Source: Lama glama (taxonomy: Eukaryota). Taken from it: a DNA stretch of 64,000 nucleotides. The position numbers and the translations under genes are program-made. A model generated the notes under the pieces. The model made no database searches and was not told where the DNA came from. It saw nothing but the letters and a program-made list of their open reading frames with translations. Every line of letters begins with the position of its first letter. The first letter of the stretch is position 1. Positions 47,661-61,030 of the stretch are shown one piece after another. The DNA lies in NCBI GenBank assembly GCA_028534125.1, contig CM052816.1:52392001-52456000 (forward strand). Direction: 5' to 3'.

Positions 47661-50600
47661 CCCCACCCCCACCCCAAAGCCACCTGTTCTCACCATCTAT
47701 ATCATCACAGTCATGTCCCTCCTCCCAGAGATGCCCACTATCCTTAGCCCATCAGGTCGATACGGAAGGCAGGGGGACTGACGATTAAAAACAATATTGT
47801 CATTTCCTGCTCATCTGTTGAAAGAAAACACTTTTAGAAATGAAACTCCTGAGATCTGAACCCAGGAGAGCATCCTGGCAACTAGGGAAGAAGCTGCTCC
47901 ATGTGCGCCGAAGCACCTCCCCCGGGCCCTCTTTATTTCCCCTAAGGAACAAGCACGGCAATCAGAATGGTCATTCGTACCCACTGAAGCCACAAACACC
48001 TGCAGCAGAACAGAGCTGAGAAAGATGAGTTAAAAGTAAGTTCTAGGGGGGGAAAAGTGTAAGAAAATGAAACTTTGAAATTCAAAATGGAAAAGTGTAG
48101 GATGATGGGAAGAAGAGTGCTTTTTGGGTTTAAACCATTTTTAAGTCTTCTCATCAAAGAAAGAGGGGGAAAATCCTGCTTGTTCTACTTCATAATAGCT
48201 TATCAACAAGCAGTTAATGGAACACAAAACCCCAAATTTGCCTGATTGTGTCATGGAGATTATACCGCAATGAAGAAATCTGCTAAGCCCTTTCTAAGAG
48301 GTGCTTTACGCCAGCCCAGTCCCCAGACCCTGCCAAGCCACAGACTGCTGGTGATGGGGGCCACAGAGCCAGCTAAATCCAAGCATACTCTGGGATAGAG
48401 AACAGAAATGAGCTCGCTTCACAGACGGTTCCAGCGGGCATGCCCTCAGAGCTCAGGCGGGACAGCAGTTTCAAGGGGTTGACGGTATACTCCTTTCCTC
48501 ACCAAGTCAGATCCTATGTGCAACTCCAATGTATAAAAAACATGGGTGCACTGTGACACTACAAATGTTCTTACATATTCATAAACACATAGTTATCAAA
48601 TGCTTACTACTGACTGGGCACTGTTCTAGGAGCTAGTAGTATAGCCCCCACCCTCATGGAGCTTACATTCTAGTGGATTTACACCAAACTCAGCACCCCC
48701 AAAATTCTACTCAGACTGCGACATGTTGCAGCACCTAGGCTGCAAGTCTCTGATCCAGTCCAGTCCTCTCATTTTCCTGATATGAAATCTGAGGCCCAGA
48801 AAGATTAGGCGATTTGACTCAAGGACAAATCTAGTGATAGACATCAGTGGACCAGCAAAACACACACCAGCTGAGACAACTCAGCGGACTGGAGGCAGGA
48901 TGAGCTATTAGCCTTTGAGCCCTCGCTTTTTTATCTATAGTGCAATCATCTCAGACATGAGAAATCACTAAAAGACCATAAATAGTTTAAATGGTTTAAA
49001 TGATGCTATTGACCCTAGCAAGAAGGCAGTAAGTGTTTAAGTGTCCAGTACAATTTGAAAGGTTTCCATCACAACAAAGTTTAAGTGATGGCACTTTATG
49101 GCACAGGATGAGTTAACCCTGGGGTGGCCACAAAACTGAATGCTCTTGAAGCTACAGGCTCTGGCTGCTAAGTGCCTAAGCCCCTGATGTACCTTCCTGC
49201 CCACTTCTGGGAAGCACACAGCTGGAAAAGTCCCTCCCTGCATCTCACACACAACCCACATGCAGGGTCAACTGTTGGCCACTCTTCCTCCCCACCACAA
49301 AAAGGGGCCACTACTCAAGACACCTCGGACCCATGGCAGGTGACAAGATGCCTCTCTCTGAAGGCGCATCTAGCTGCACTGGCTCTGTGCAAAGACAAAC
49401 CTCCACACACCACCTCCACCCACCCTAGATTTTCTAGCGGTCAGGACTTCATATAATCCTAACTCTTGATGATTCACAAAACTCCTGGTAAAAGGTGACA
49501 TTTCAAATCTATTTTCACATAATTGAGTAGAAAAACTGGAAACAGCAATGTCTTGATTCTCACAGGGGCCCTTCTACAGGGTCGCTCTCACCCAGCTCTC
49601 TAGACGAAAGCCTGGGGCCACATGAAAGGGCTGGGTTTAACAGCCTTTTCTCAGAGCTGAAGTTCACAGCTGTGTTTTTCCTACAGCTGAGAAAACACTT
49701 TCTCACAGTTAATTTCACCATCCCTCAGTCCCTCAAAGCCTCAGGAAGCCTTCTTCCCGGTTCTTCTCTCCTTTCATCCCCAAAAGTTTATCTCCTCCTC
49801 CCACCTCTAGCTCGAAGATGAGGAATGATTAGGTGTGTGTTTTTCCTGCAGGCAAATACCTGCAGTTAACTGCCTTTTTCAGTTGAAGTGCTGCCAAGAG
49901 GTCTGGTTTTTATCAGCAGCCTCGACCCTCTTCTGAATTGGGGGCTTATGACAAGGCCAGCTGGCCCCAAACCCTTGGTGGCACTTGTGAGAACGCTTGT
50001 ATTCAGGGACAGGCTGCCTCGATGGCACCAGTTGGCAGTGAACTCTCACACCCGGGCAACTCGCCCCCGACCTGGGAAGCTCCCTGTCACTGTTATTAAA
50101 GTACATTTGCCAGAGGAACCAGGGCCACATGACGGAGTCCATGAATCATATTTTTTCCATCAACGTTTATCAAAAGAAATGAAAATATTCTTATACAGGG
50201 GGTCCCTTGCCTCGACCTTCACCTTCATGTTTTTAATTCATTTGAATTCACAGAGCACTGGCTTTTTGAGTAAGTGAGGCAGAGGGGACTCTGAGGGAGG
50301 TTTCCCCGGGGTCACTCTTTAATGAAAGACGTCATTCACGCGTTTTGGGAGTGGTGTTGCCTCTGCCATGTAAAACTACCAAGATGGAGCACTTCTATCC
50401 AGCACCCCGGCATCAAAACCAAACACCACGGACCACAAAGCTAGGCTGATGTACATACCAAGTGGACTGCTATTGGGCTGCAAAGCCAACAGGCCCAAGG
50501 GGTAGGCAGTTCAGGAAATGGACCTTAATTATTGCTCTTTGTCCCATCAAACCTAGCATTTCTCAAGCTAGCTAGATAGAGTCGTTTGGATGTTGGATTG

Positions 50601-52214
50601 AGGAGATGGCTTCTGGGAAGACTCTGGATCTGTCTCGCCCTTCCTGCCTTCCCCCAGGGAAATCCACAGCCTGGGGATTAGGAAGTCCCAAGGCAGGGAG
50701 GTGCCAGGCTGGGAGCTGGGCCAGGGCTGACAGAGAAGCCTCTGAAGTGGGAGCCCCCACCCTCCAGGAGAGAGAAGAATCAGACAGCATGAGGCCTGAA
50801 TCCCTGGACAGGAAGCTGGGTGGGGGAGGGGCAGCAATAAAGTTGGAAGTAACTGAAAAACTTTCCTGGACCCTAACTTGGTGGCAGTGGGGGGCGGGGG
50901 CCTGGGAAACTGCAGAGAGTGCTGGAGTGAGGACAGCAGGTCTGGTGGGGATGCGGCTGTGAGCACAGGACCATGGACAGGAGCTGGAGTCTTGAGCAGC
51001 TTGGACAAGGGGACGGACACAGGAAATGCAGACCAAAAAGACCAGCCCAGAGCAGACTGCTTCCCAGCAAAAGGAGGGTGCAGTAGTGCCCAGAAAATTC
51101 TAAAGTGCCTTTGCTCGGTGGTGCTGAGTGTGGCCATGAGGCCAGCAGCAGGGGCATCGTGGGGAGCCTGTCTGGTCCCACCTCACACTTAGTGGCTCAG
51201 ATTTGGAACCTGCATTTTTAATAAGCTCCCCAGGTGGTCTGTGGCTCCTTCAAAGTCCTACTCAAGCTCAGGGAACAAAGGTGAGAGCTTTCCTTCTGCA
51301 GTGGCAGGGCCTCCCAATGTGCAGATCTGGAACATGCCCAAGGGCAGGCACAGATGTGTGTTTAAGGCAGCCGCACCACACCCTGACAGCAAGTCCCCTA
51401 GCTCTCCACTCAGGAGGACTCTCCATGGATGGCAAACAGGCAACACAAGTTTCCAATGGGATCAACACTGCTTCAATACAACAAGATGAGGGACTTATGA
51501 CAGACAAATAAGCAGTCCTGAAAAAGATGTCCTTAAATAATTTAATACGGAGAAATGGTCATGGACACATCACTGGGAAAAGACAGAGTAAACACACTAA
51601 AATATTAACCAGAGCTGTGATGTTAAATGATCTTTGTTTTCTTTACCTTATCCTGGGTTTTCCAGGTTTTCAACATTAGCATGAATTTCATAGCAAGTTT
51701 TTTTTCATTAAAGGACAATTATGCAAATATTAAAAGGTGAAGAAGAATCAAAGAGCAGAAGTCTTCTGACTCGGAAAAAAGTAAAAAGTCCATTGAATTT
51801 ACTACCTTCCACATATGCTATGACTTGCTGTCTATTTTATTTATAAAATTAATTTTCTTGGGGGTACATTAAAGAACAAGACAATCTTGGCAAAAATCAA
51901 AGAGTACCAGAAGAGAAGAAATACTGTAAAATCAGTTTCAAGGATAGCTTTAATAAAAATAATCCAACTTCATGCTCTGATATAAGCCCCCCTATGACTC
52001 TGCTTTGACGTGGGGAACATCCTACTGTCCTCCCTGAAGAAGAACCACCCCACCAAGCAACCACAGAGGGACCACAGCTTCGAGGTGATTTCTCAGTGGC
52101 AGGGAAAAGTGTTGCTGACCCACTGTCTCCAGCCATTACCTCCCACCAACACCAGCAGTTCAGTGTATACAAGACAATGAGAATCTGTGATACAGTGGTC
52201 CCTGAATAGAAACT

Positions 52215-52930
52215 TACTCTGTAAGAACACAGCTGGGCCACATGGGGACCAGATCCCAAACTGTGGCCTCTTCTGCTCCAACCCCAGAGTTCTTTCTGAC
52301 ACCCTGTTCCTTCTCCCACTCCTGTGCCACATGCTGGACCAAAGGGTCTGTCACTGAAATTAAATCACAGTTTTTTCCCAACTTGCAGGAACAAAATATA
52401 ATACAGCGATTTCCCCTCATTTTCTGTATTCTTGATGCTCTGGCTTCTGGGGCCTTATTGACCCAGGAGGGAGTGCCCCTCACAGGGCTAGTAAGTTCCA
52501 AGGGATAGCAAACTTCCCGCTGTGAGTAAGGCTCTCTTACACACAAGCAACCCAGGGCCACATTCTGGACCACCCCTTCAGTCGGGCTCTCAGACTCAAG
52601 GCAGTAACAGTCCTCTGCCCTGACCATCCCAGAGTCAGGAGCCAGACAAGTGCAAACCACATCTATGCCCTAGAGTCCACGGAAACTATTCAAACCAGCC
52701 AATCCTAAACCTGCTTACCCTGCCTTGCCTTGCCTTCTTCAAGGAAGCCACAAAAAAGGCCCCTATCTGTGCCTTCCCCTCACTCCTCCTGCCAGCTCCT
52801 GGTGCTTCTCAGCGTAGCCCTGCATGGCACAGGTATCCCTTTAACAAACTACCTTTTCCAGGCAGCTGTCTCTTGATCTGCTGGCTTCACCACACCTGAA
52901 TAATAAAAAAACCCTACATTTTAAAAGACA
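52215..52930 (+). mobile_element. Solo LTR (MER21/MER77-like)
   Basis: ccagccaatcctaaacctgcttaccctgccttgcc...gaataataaaa...cctacattttaaaagaca terminus. Confidence 0.65.
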
Positions 52931-53589
52931 CCCCCAAAATAGCTTCATTTTCTCAAGTTTCATTTCTTAATCTCATGTACTTTCCTTAAGCCTTCACCAC
53001 ATGCTCCCAATTATGTACGGACAGATGGCAAACAGAAAGAATGCATCATAAATATTAATTAAAAACTAGGAATCAGAGGATGATACTTAGCTTGCTTTTT
53101 CACAGACAAATACGCCTGGGATTTTATAGGACATATATAATAATCATATTCTGCTGTAAAATCATATTGATTTCATATCACTGACTTTCTCATGGTACCC
53201 AGTAAGGAACACCATGCTTTAAAAACAGTATCTCACCCAAGAACAAGTTTGAGAGTCAATGTTCTCATCAAGATTAAAACTCATTTTACAGACTAAATTC
53301 CTGGTACCCTTTGGCATTCAGAGTAACTTGAAATGAAGCATTCCAGAGCACAAAAAACAAAACCCCCTAAAAGGAGCTATTAGGAATGAAACTCAAAGAG
53401 TTAACCTTTGATGATACAACCTCCCACTTACCAACTGGAAATTAAGGGCTTCACTGACAGGAATTTTAGCCAATGTTTGGTTTTCCCAAAGAAGGCAAGG
53501 GAGAAACTGGGGAAAAGTGAGAAAATAGGGTAAAACAGGCAGCAGAAACAAAATTAACAGAAGCAACAGCTACTGACAAGTGTGTACAA

Positions 53590-53765
53590 ACACAATTTAT
53601 TGAGCACCTACTATGAGCAACATATACCTTACTAGATTCTTTATATACATCATAGAATTTAAAGTTCTTCATAGGCCTGCTGACATGAACCTCTATTATA
53701 AATGGGAAACTTGAGATCAAATAACAAAGGCACACATAATAAGTGGAAAAACTGGGACTTCTGTC
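53590..53765 (-). mobile_element. MIR-like SINE
   Basis: atttattgagcacctactatg...tataaatgggaaacttgag. Confidence 0.55.
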
Positions 53766-56589
53766 TTAGTTGGGGGCCTCCCAGCTCCATTTCTTTCTAC
53801 TATTTAATATATTAATGTTTAATTATCAGTGTAACACTTTGGTCACACCTTCAGAAACTTCTCATTCTATCCTGATAACCACCCTATGTGACAGGCAGGG
53901 AGAGTAGCTTTATTCCCGCTACAGAGATGAACGTAAGATCTACATAAGTTACCTTACTTTTGGAGCTCATTCTCGTTCTTTCTAGCAGAACCGCACAAGG
54001 ATGAGAGTCGTGAGCAGCACGACCTTGAATGTACAAGGACAGGAGACTTGTAACACAGGGAAGACAAAGGCAGCAGCTTTGCTACGTCAACACTGCCTTG
54101 AAAGCACAGGGCGATTCCGTGCGCATGTGTGATATGCACCTGCACGTGTGTGTGCTCACACGTGTGCACCAACAAAAGCAAACAATACTCCAGAGCCAGA
54201 ACAAAGCCCCAGAGCCCCAGACCCACTTCAAAGTGTCAAACTGCAGCAAGTTCCACAGCTTAAGGCAAAATTACAGGCTGTGCTGCCATCAAAACACCAA
54301 AAATTAAAGCAGAGAGTGTCTCAGGCAACCAGGGAGATCCTTCTGCTCAGTACTCATTATAAATACTAGTTACCTGCCATTCCTTAAACACTTCCTCTGT
54401 ATCCAGGCAGTACACCAAAACTGCTTCTAAGACATCCTTTTTTTTTTTCCAAACAAGACATCCTTTTCCCATCTTCAAATGAGCCCTATGATCACAATCC
54501 CCATTTTACAGATGAGGAAACCAGAGTCTCTGACTGCAAAGCCCATCAGGAGTCCAAAAACTATTTTTACATCACCACATCTCCAGGAGACCTAGGGCAC
54601 ACTGTTTGGAAGCCTCCTCTACCTGCCCCATACCCCTTACAAAAAACATAAAATCGAGAGCCCCTAAAGCAGGTATGTGCACATAAGACCTGAGGCCATC
54701 AGAAGAGCAAATTAGATCCTCATCGTCCTCACCAGCCCTCACCAAACACTGTTTCAAAGGCAGCTGTAAGTAAACAGCCACGGCCTTCAACACCCAAGTA
54801 TCATTCTGAAAGGCACTCGGCAGTCTTCATTCTCCTTGCAAGTCATAGCAGTGGTAGTAATAATGAGTTTCTGAATAACAGAAAGTTGTATTGTGTATTT
54901 TCTAGGTGCCAGGTACGATCCTAAATTCTTGACATAGATTCCTTTCATCCTCACAACCCTGAGAGGCAGATGATACTCACTGATGATTTTTTTTTAACTG
55001 GTATTTTTGCCATCTCTCCACAAATGAGAAAATATTACTTAACTTTTTGGCATGAAAATGCACTACTTTTAGAATCAGAAAAAAAAGTGTTTATAAGCTA
55101 CAGAGCCTTTGAAAGAGTGATGGAAAGACATGAGAAGAAGTAGAGAAGAGAAAACGGGAGGAAGAACGTCGATTTCATCTTTTCACAAAGGAGAAAAATG
55201 AGGTGGATGGAGATGAGGCGACCTTCCTAAGGTCCTGAGATGTGAACTCAGTCAGCCAGATCTAACACTCCCACCCACACCTCCCCGGTTCATCTCCAGG
55301 ATGGAGCAGCCATCAAGAGTTGCTGACACACACTGAGGTAAAATTATGTCCTACGGAGGGGGATGGTGTTTAAAAGCTTCCAGCAATTATTCTGGACTCC
55401 AGTTTTAAAAATAGACACCAAGCATAAAATAGAGTGAAAATGAGTTTGGCCCTCATAGCAAGCATGAAATCTGAACTACAATCCAAACCTCCTTTTATCA
55501 TTAGCCGCCTTCTTTCAACTAGTGTATTAGGTAAAAAAAACTCTTAAGTTGCCCACATTCTCATTCATTATGATTCTGCACAGAATGTCTATTTCTAAAA
55601 TGTCCCATGACTTGCTTTTTTCCCGTGGCTAACATTAGAATACCTCCCACTCTCTCTAATATAAATAAAAAGATCATTCCAAACTCTTTCAAGTGAATTA
55701 TATAACAAGATACCAAAGCCAAAGCGAGAAAACAAAAATTATACTTAGGCTTAAAGCAAATTTAGTGGTAAGTTCAGAAAACTCCCTTTCCCTGAGTATC
55801 ACCTCAATACTTAACACACATAGAAGCTTTTCTTTTCTTTTTTTTTTTTTTTTTTTGCTAATTTAACTTCTTGGGATCATCTCTTCACAGTCTGCATAAA
55901 ACAAAAGTTTTTCAACCAAACTTTGAAGTTACCAAATAACTAAAAAGTGATCAATATTAAGAAACAAGAATGTGAACTCTCCTACATTAAACATTTATAG
56001 CTTAAGTCAACACCAGGCAAGGGTAAAAACAAACAAATAACAGAAACTTGCTCCCTAGGAAGGAATCCCTTGGCACTGAAGCAGTTCAAACAGGCTTGTT
56101 TCCTGTATCAAGGCGATAATAACATGTGTAAAGAGCACCTGAGATCAGCCATGTCAACCTGACACCTGTGCCATGTTCAACATCAGCTTGTATCAAATGT
56201 TCGTTCCATTCAATACGAAGTTACTTACAGCTCTGCGCCTCCATCACTTCATCTACAAATAGTAGTTCCTACATCGTAGGATTATTAGGATGAAAACATA
56301 GTAAAGCACTTAGAACAACAACGCTGGTTACCAATATTATTCTCAGTGCCCACAAAAAGGAAACTCGGAGGCTTACAGGGCTGGGTTCTGAACCTAGTTG
56401 CTCCAAAGCAACCAGCATCTCATTTTCTCAAACTCAAACCTGATGCTTAGGGAGATTTATGTGGCTGCCAGCTCTCTTCCCATTGCACAAGGAACCAATG
56501 AACCTTCTCCCAGAGGACAAGGAACCTAAGGACTCCCTTCTTGGAGGCTCAACCTGCTCCAGGAACTTGCAGCTTTAGCATCCTCAACC

Positions 56590-57115
56590 CGTCGACTGAG
56601 GGAAAAAAAGGAAAAAAAAAAAAAAAGAAGCACAACCTAAAAGCTGAGAATTATGTTTTATTCGGTGGACTTTTTGAGAACTCAAATCCAGGAGGCACCT
56701 CTCAGATCACTCTTGAGAGACTGCTCTGGGGAGGTAGGGGAGGATCCAGGATATATGGGAGTTTTATATCAAAAGATTACTGTTAATTAAAGAAAATCAG
56801 ATATCTCAAGTTAAGGAATTTAGCACTTTTCTATGTGTGGGAAGGTACAAAAGTCTGGGGCTCATTGAAATCACTCCTTTGACATGCACCTAGCTATCTA
56901 GGGCCAGCGTCCTGTTCTTTCCCACCTGAGTCCCCTCGGGATACACCGTTGTGGGTGGTGGCAGAGGCCGGGCTCCTACTTATCTCCACCTTGAGTTCCC
57001 TCCGGATCCTCCCCACCTAGAGGGGTGGAGGGATGGGCTGCGGTAGTGGCTGATGACTTGATGGCCACAGCATCCTTTGTTTACTGGTATGGTAGGCAAT
57101 ATTTTTTCACTCACA
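56590..57115 (-). mobile_element. Solo ERV1-class LTR (same family as 40267-40676)
   Basis: Shares long blocks with the other copy (atctcaagttaaggaatttag; catcctttgtttactggtatg). AATAAA on minus at 56662-56657. Confidence 0.85.
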
Positions 57116-57229
57116 AGCTCCATCACCCAAACATTACATCTATCCAAAAAGTTACTGGGGGGGGGTGTTTATAATTACCTAAATAAAATAATAGACAACC
57201 GCTTCCATGTATGCAGCACTCACTTAAAA

Positions 57230-57425
57230 ATACTATGATGGACTCATAATGTGTGGACAATTTCTCTATAACCTGTGAGATACTTACTTCTGCTATTATT
57301 GGCATTGTAAGCAACAAGAGACTTGGGTTCAAGGAAATAAATTGCTCAAGGTCACAGCTCATCCAGGATGAGGAGAGGGCCCAAATCCAGGCATGATTTA
57401 AAGTCAGCATTCTTAACTGCCTCAC
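57230..57425 (-). mobile_element. MIR SINE
   Basis: ttgctcaaggtcacagct...aaatccaggc...ttcttaac motifs. Confidence 0.55.
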
Positions 57426-57929
57426 CAAACTAAATGTGGAAAAGAAAAAAAATAAAAGGTATCAGCAATTTTAAAAAACAGTAATTGTTTTAGAATACCC
57501 AATCAAAATTCATTTGCCTATTAAGTCATTGCTTAATGAATGAAAATACTGAAAAAAGAACTGGCTAGTCCTCCAAATAGCGAGGAAGTGTACTTTAGTC
57601 CTGAGAAGATCATTACTCAGGAGCCCAGCTTAACTGTGATACATGGATGACTCCAGTTTCTACTGCCACAGTATTTATATTTTGTGATTTGTATAAACAA
57701 AATAATGTCTCATGCCTTCAACAACATCTACACTAAGGTCCTGTGTAACTTACAATTAGACCTCTGTAAATATTTAATCTCATGATCACACAAAGAAATG
57801 AGTCAACCGTTTAAGAATGACTAGACATCAGTCCCCAAACTGCAATCTCCAGTCTACTGACCCATAGTCCTACTGGATTTAAACCCCAAGATGAAAAACT
57901 GCTCCAATGCAGAGCTACTTTTTTAAAAA

Positions 57930-59165
57930 ACTAACAGAATTGAGAGCCCAGAAATAAACCCTAAATTTAGGGTCAATTAATTTCTGATAAGTGGGCCAAG
58001 ATAATTCATTGGAGGAAAAAAACAGTAAATGGTGCTGGAACTGGATATCCAAATCAAAATAACAAAGCTGGACCCTTCCTTATACCATACAAGAAAAATT
58101 AAAACATGAGCTAAGACTATGAAACCCTTAAACACAGGACTAAATCTTCATGAGCATTTTTAGATATAAGCAACAAAAGAAAAAATAGATACATTGGACT
58201 ATATCAAAATTAAAAATTTTTATGCTGCAAATGATACCATCAAGAAAGTGAAAAGACAACTCACAGAATGAGAGAAAATATTTGCAAATCACATCTTATA
58301 AAGAGTTGATATCCAGAATAGATAAAGAACTGTTAAAATTCAATTTGAAAAAAAAAAATTTAGAAATGAGCAAAGGATCTGAAGAGATTTCTCCAAAGAA
58401 GAAATGGACAATCAGCACCTGAAAAGATGTTCCATGTCATTAGTTATTAAGAAAATGCAAATCAAAACCAAAATGAAATACCACTTCACACACTAGGATA
58501 GCTTTAATTTAAAATTAAAGGAAAAAAAAAAGAAGACAGTAAGAGTTGGTGAGGATGTGGAGAAATTAGAACCTTCATACACTGCTGGTGGGAAAATAAG
58601 ATGCAGCAGCCTCTTTGGAAAATTATTTGGCAGTTCCTCAAAAAGTTAAAAATACTTACCCTATGATCAAACATTTTTACTCCTAGATATAGGAGTAAAA
58701 AACTTGTACACAAATGTTGATGACAGCATTACTTAAAACAGCCACAAAGCGGAAACAACACAAACAACCATCAACTGACAAGTGGGTGAGTAAAATGTGG
58801 TACAGTACAGAAAAAGAAAGAAGTACTGACACATACTAGACCACACATGAACGCTGAAAACGTGCCCAGTGACGGAAACCAGTCGTAAAAGATCACATAC
58901 TGTATGGTTCATACATTCATATAAAATGTCCAGAATAGACAAACCCATAGAGTAAGTAAATTAGTAGTTGTCAGGGCTCTGAGGAAGTTTGGGGCAAGAT
59001 GAGGAACAACTGTTAACGGCCAGAGGTGACAAAAATGTCCTAATATTAGATCGCAGTGATGGTCACACAACTCTGAATACACTAAAAACCATTTAACTGT
59101 ACACTTTAAAGGGGTACCCTACATGGTATGCGAACTGTCTCTCAAAGCGATTTTTTAAAATTTCA
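57930..59165 (+). mobile_element. L1 (L1MB-like) ORF2 3' part and 3' UTR with internal deletions
   Basis: gagcccagaaataaaccc, aaaatatttgcaaatcac, aaatgcaaatcaaaacca and gcagttcctcaaaaagttaaa motifs. Confidence 0.9.
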
Positions 59166-59910
59166 TAATTTCTTTAAAAAATTATCTGATAGAGTCATTT
59201 TTAGACAAATGAAGAAGTATCCAACAAAATCAGGAAACCTCAAATAGCAATTTTCAAAGGTTGGACATTTCTGCTCAACAGAGAGGTAAACTCTTGGGCA
59301 TTTCTCCAACTCCACTTTAAGAATAAAAATAAAAATATGAAGTTTATTGAACACCTGTTAATTTCAACAGGAATAAAGCGTCCCCAAGGGCAAATTCCCA
59401 GCACTTATGAGCTGAAACTGTTCCATGTGATGCTTAAATTACTGGTCAGCTATAAAATGCTTTGTAAAGTTTACATCAAGTATTTCATGGATCTTTCAAC
59501 GTTGAGTTTTCTTAACAGACTGCACATTGGAAATGGCTGTTTCTTAGTCCTGGTGCTGCCATTTCACTAACAGTTTTCTTGTCTTGTACCAAAAACAGCC
59601 CTTTCAATACTTCCTAGTAAGCCACAGCCAGCTGTAGCACTCTGACAAAGACTGACTTGACAGCCTAACTATAACCTTGGCACCCACCTTTATGGGTGGC
59701 GCACTTTTTTTTCCTAGTTCTATTCACCTCAGTACACTTTAGTCAAGAAGAGTCTACATTTACATATGTAAACTGTAAGGAGCTCAGATAAAAATAAATT
59801 ACATAATATATCCTTACCAACTGTGCAACCCAGCTGCTAATTTCAGTTCCCGTCTTAACGCAAAAATGAGTTAAATTTGCTATCTCTAAACCCACTTTCT
59901 AAATATACAT

Positions 59911-59929
59911 CACACACACACACACACAC
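59911..59929 (+). repeat. (CA)n microsatellite
   Basis: cacacacacacacacacac. Confidence 0.85.
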
Positions 59930-60059
59930 GAGTAATATCAAAATGAAACCAGTGCCAGGAAATGCATACATGTTGAACTTCACACATTTAAGTTTGTTAA
60001 AACCTAAAGCTGGCTAAAACAAGCTTGAAAAATTTTAAAGCAACCAACACACGCTCCTA

Positions 60060-61030
60060 AGTTCAAACAGCACAGAGCAAGGTGTCAAATGAAAAAGAAA
60101 TATCCCCAACCTCCTGTTCCTACTCCAGTGCAGTAACCACTGTTGACTGTTTCTAGTATATCTTAAAAACTCCCAGAAATCCCTATGTATATACAAGCAT
60201 CTACAGACATCAATACATATGTGCCTTTTCCTTCTGAAAACCATATACATGGGTTCATCATACACATACTGTTCTTTAACCCCTACTGAACACTTTTGCC
60301 TTGGACATCTCCCCTGCCTGCACACACAAATTCACCTCATTCTTTTTAATGGCAACATAGTATTCCATCGTACAGAAGGCTAGCAATTTTTATTTTAAAT
60401 TTGTCTACAGTATCCATGATTAAGATGTTCTATGTTTACTTCTAATACAAAAATAGTAGGAAAAAATAGTAGAATTGCTAGATCCAAAAACATGGGCATA
60501 TTTAATTATGATTCAAAGAGATTATGCTAATTTAAATATTCCTACAAAGGTGAATGAATATGAACCTATGATGGTAAGTTTTTCTTTCACCTTGTCATCC
60601 TTGTTATATTATTTAACTTTGCCAGTCTGATTAGTAAAAAATACCTTCATCATGAATTATATTTTTAAATTAAGGGAAAGACCGAGTATCTTTCTCACAG
60701 GGTTATTAGCCATTTGCATCTTTTTCATAAACTATCTCTAACTTTTGTCCATTTTTTTATTGCGTGTCTTTTCTGTTGTTTCATAATAACACTTTTTATA
60801 AATAAAGGAAAACAGAGCTCTGTCCTATGAATCACTGTGTTATTTGTTTTGACTTTGTTTATATTCTGCTATGGACAAGTTTTAATTTTCATGTATCAAA
60901 TTCATCAATTTGGCTTATGTATCTTCTGCCACAATTAGAAAAGCCTTGACCATTCCAAGATTATTATTTTAAAATTTTATTCATCTCTTCTTTCTTTTCC
61001 AATACTTTTTATGGATGCAATTTTTTTTAC
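60060..61030 (-). mobile_element. Highly diverged L1 (L1ME-like), antisense
   Basis: cattctttttaatggcaacatagtattccat, gttattagccatttgcat and aagttttaattttcatgt motifs. Confidence 0.65.

Noticed and set aside
50568..51511. Cluster of overlapping 100-190 aa ORFs on both strands
   Set aside because: GC-rich intronic sequence depleted of stop codons, with low-complexity translations and no recognisable domain.
40267..57115. Possible full provirus bounded by the two related LTRs
   Set aside because: The spacing is 16 kb, no gag/pol/env is present, the interior holds older MIR, MER20 and MLT1 elements, and the LTRs differ by indels. They are independent solo LTRs.
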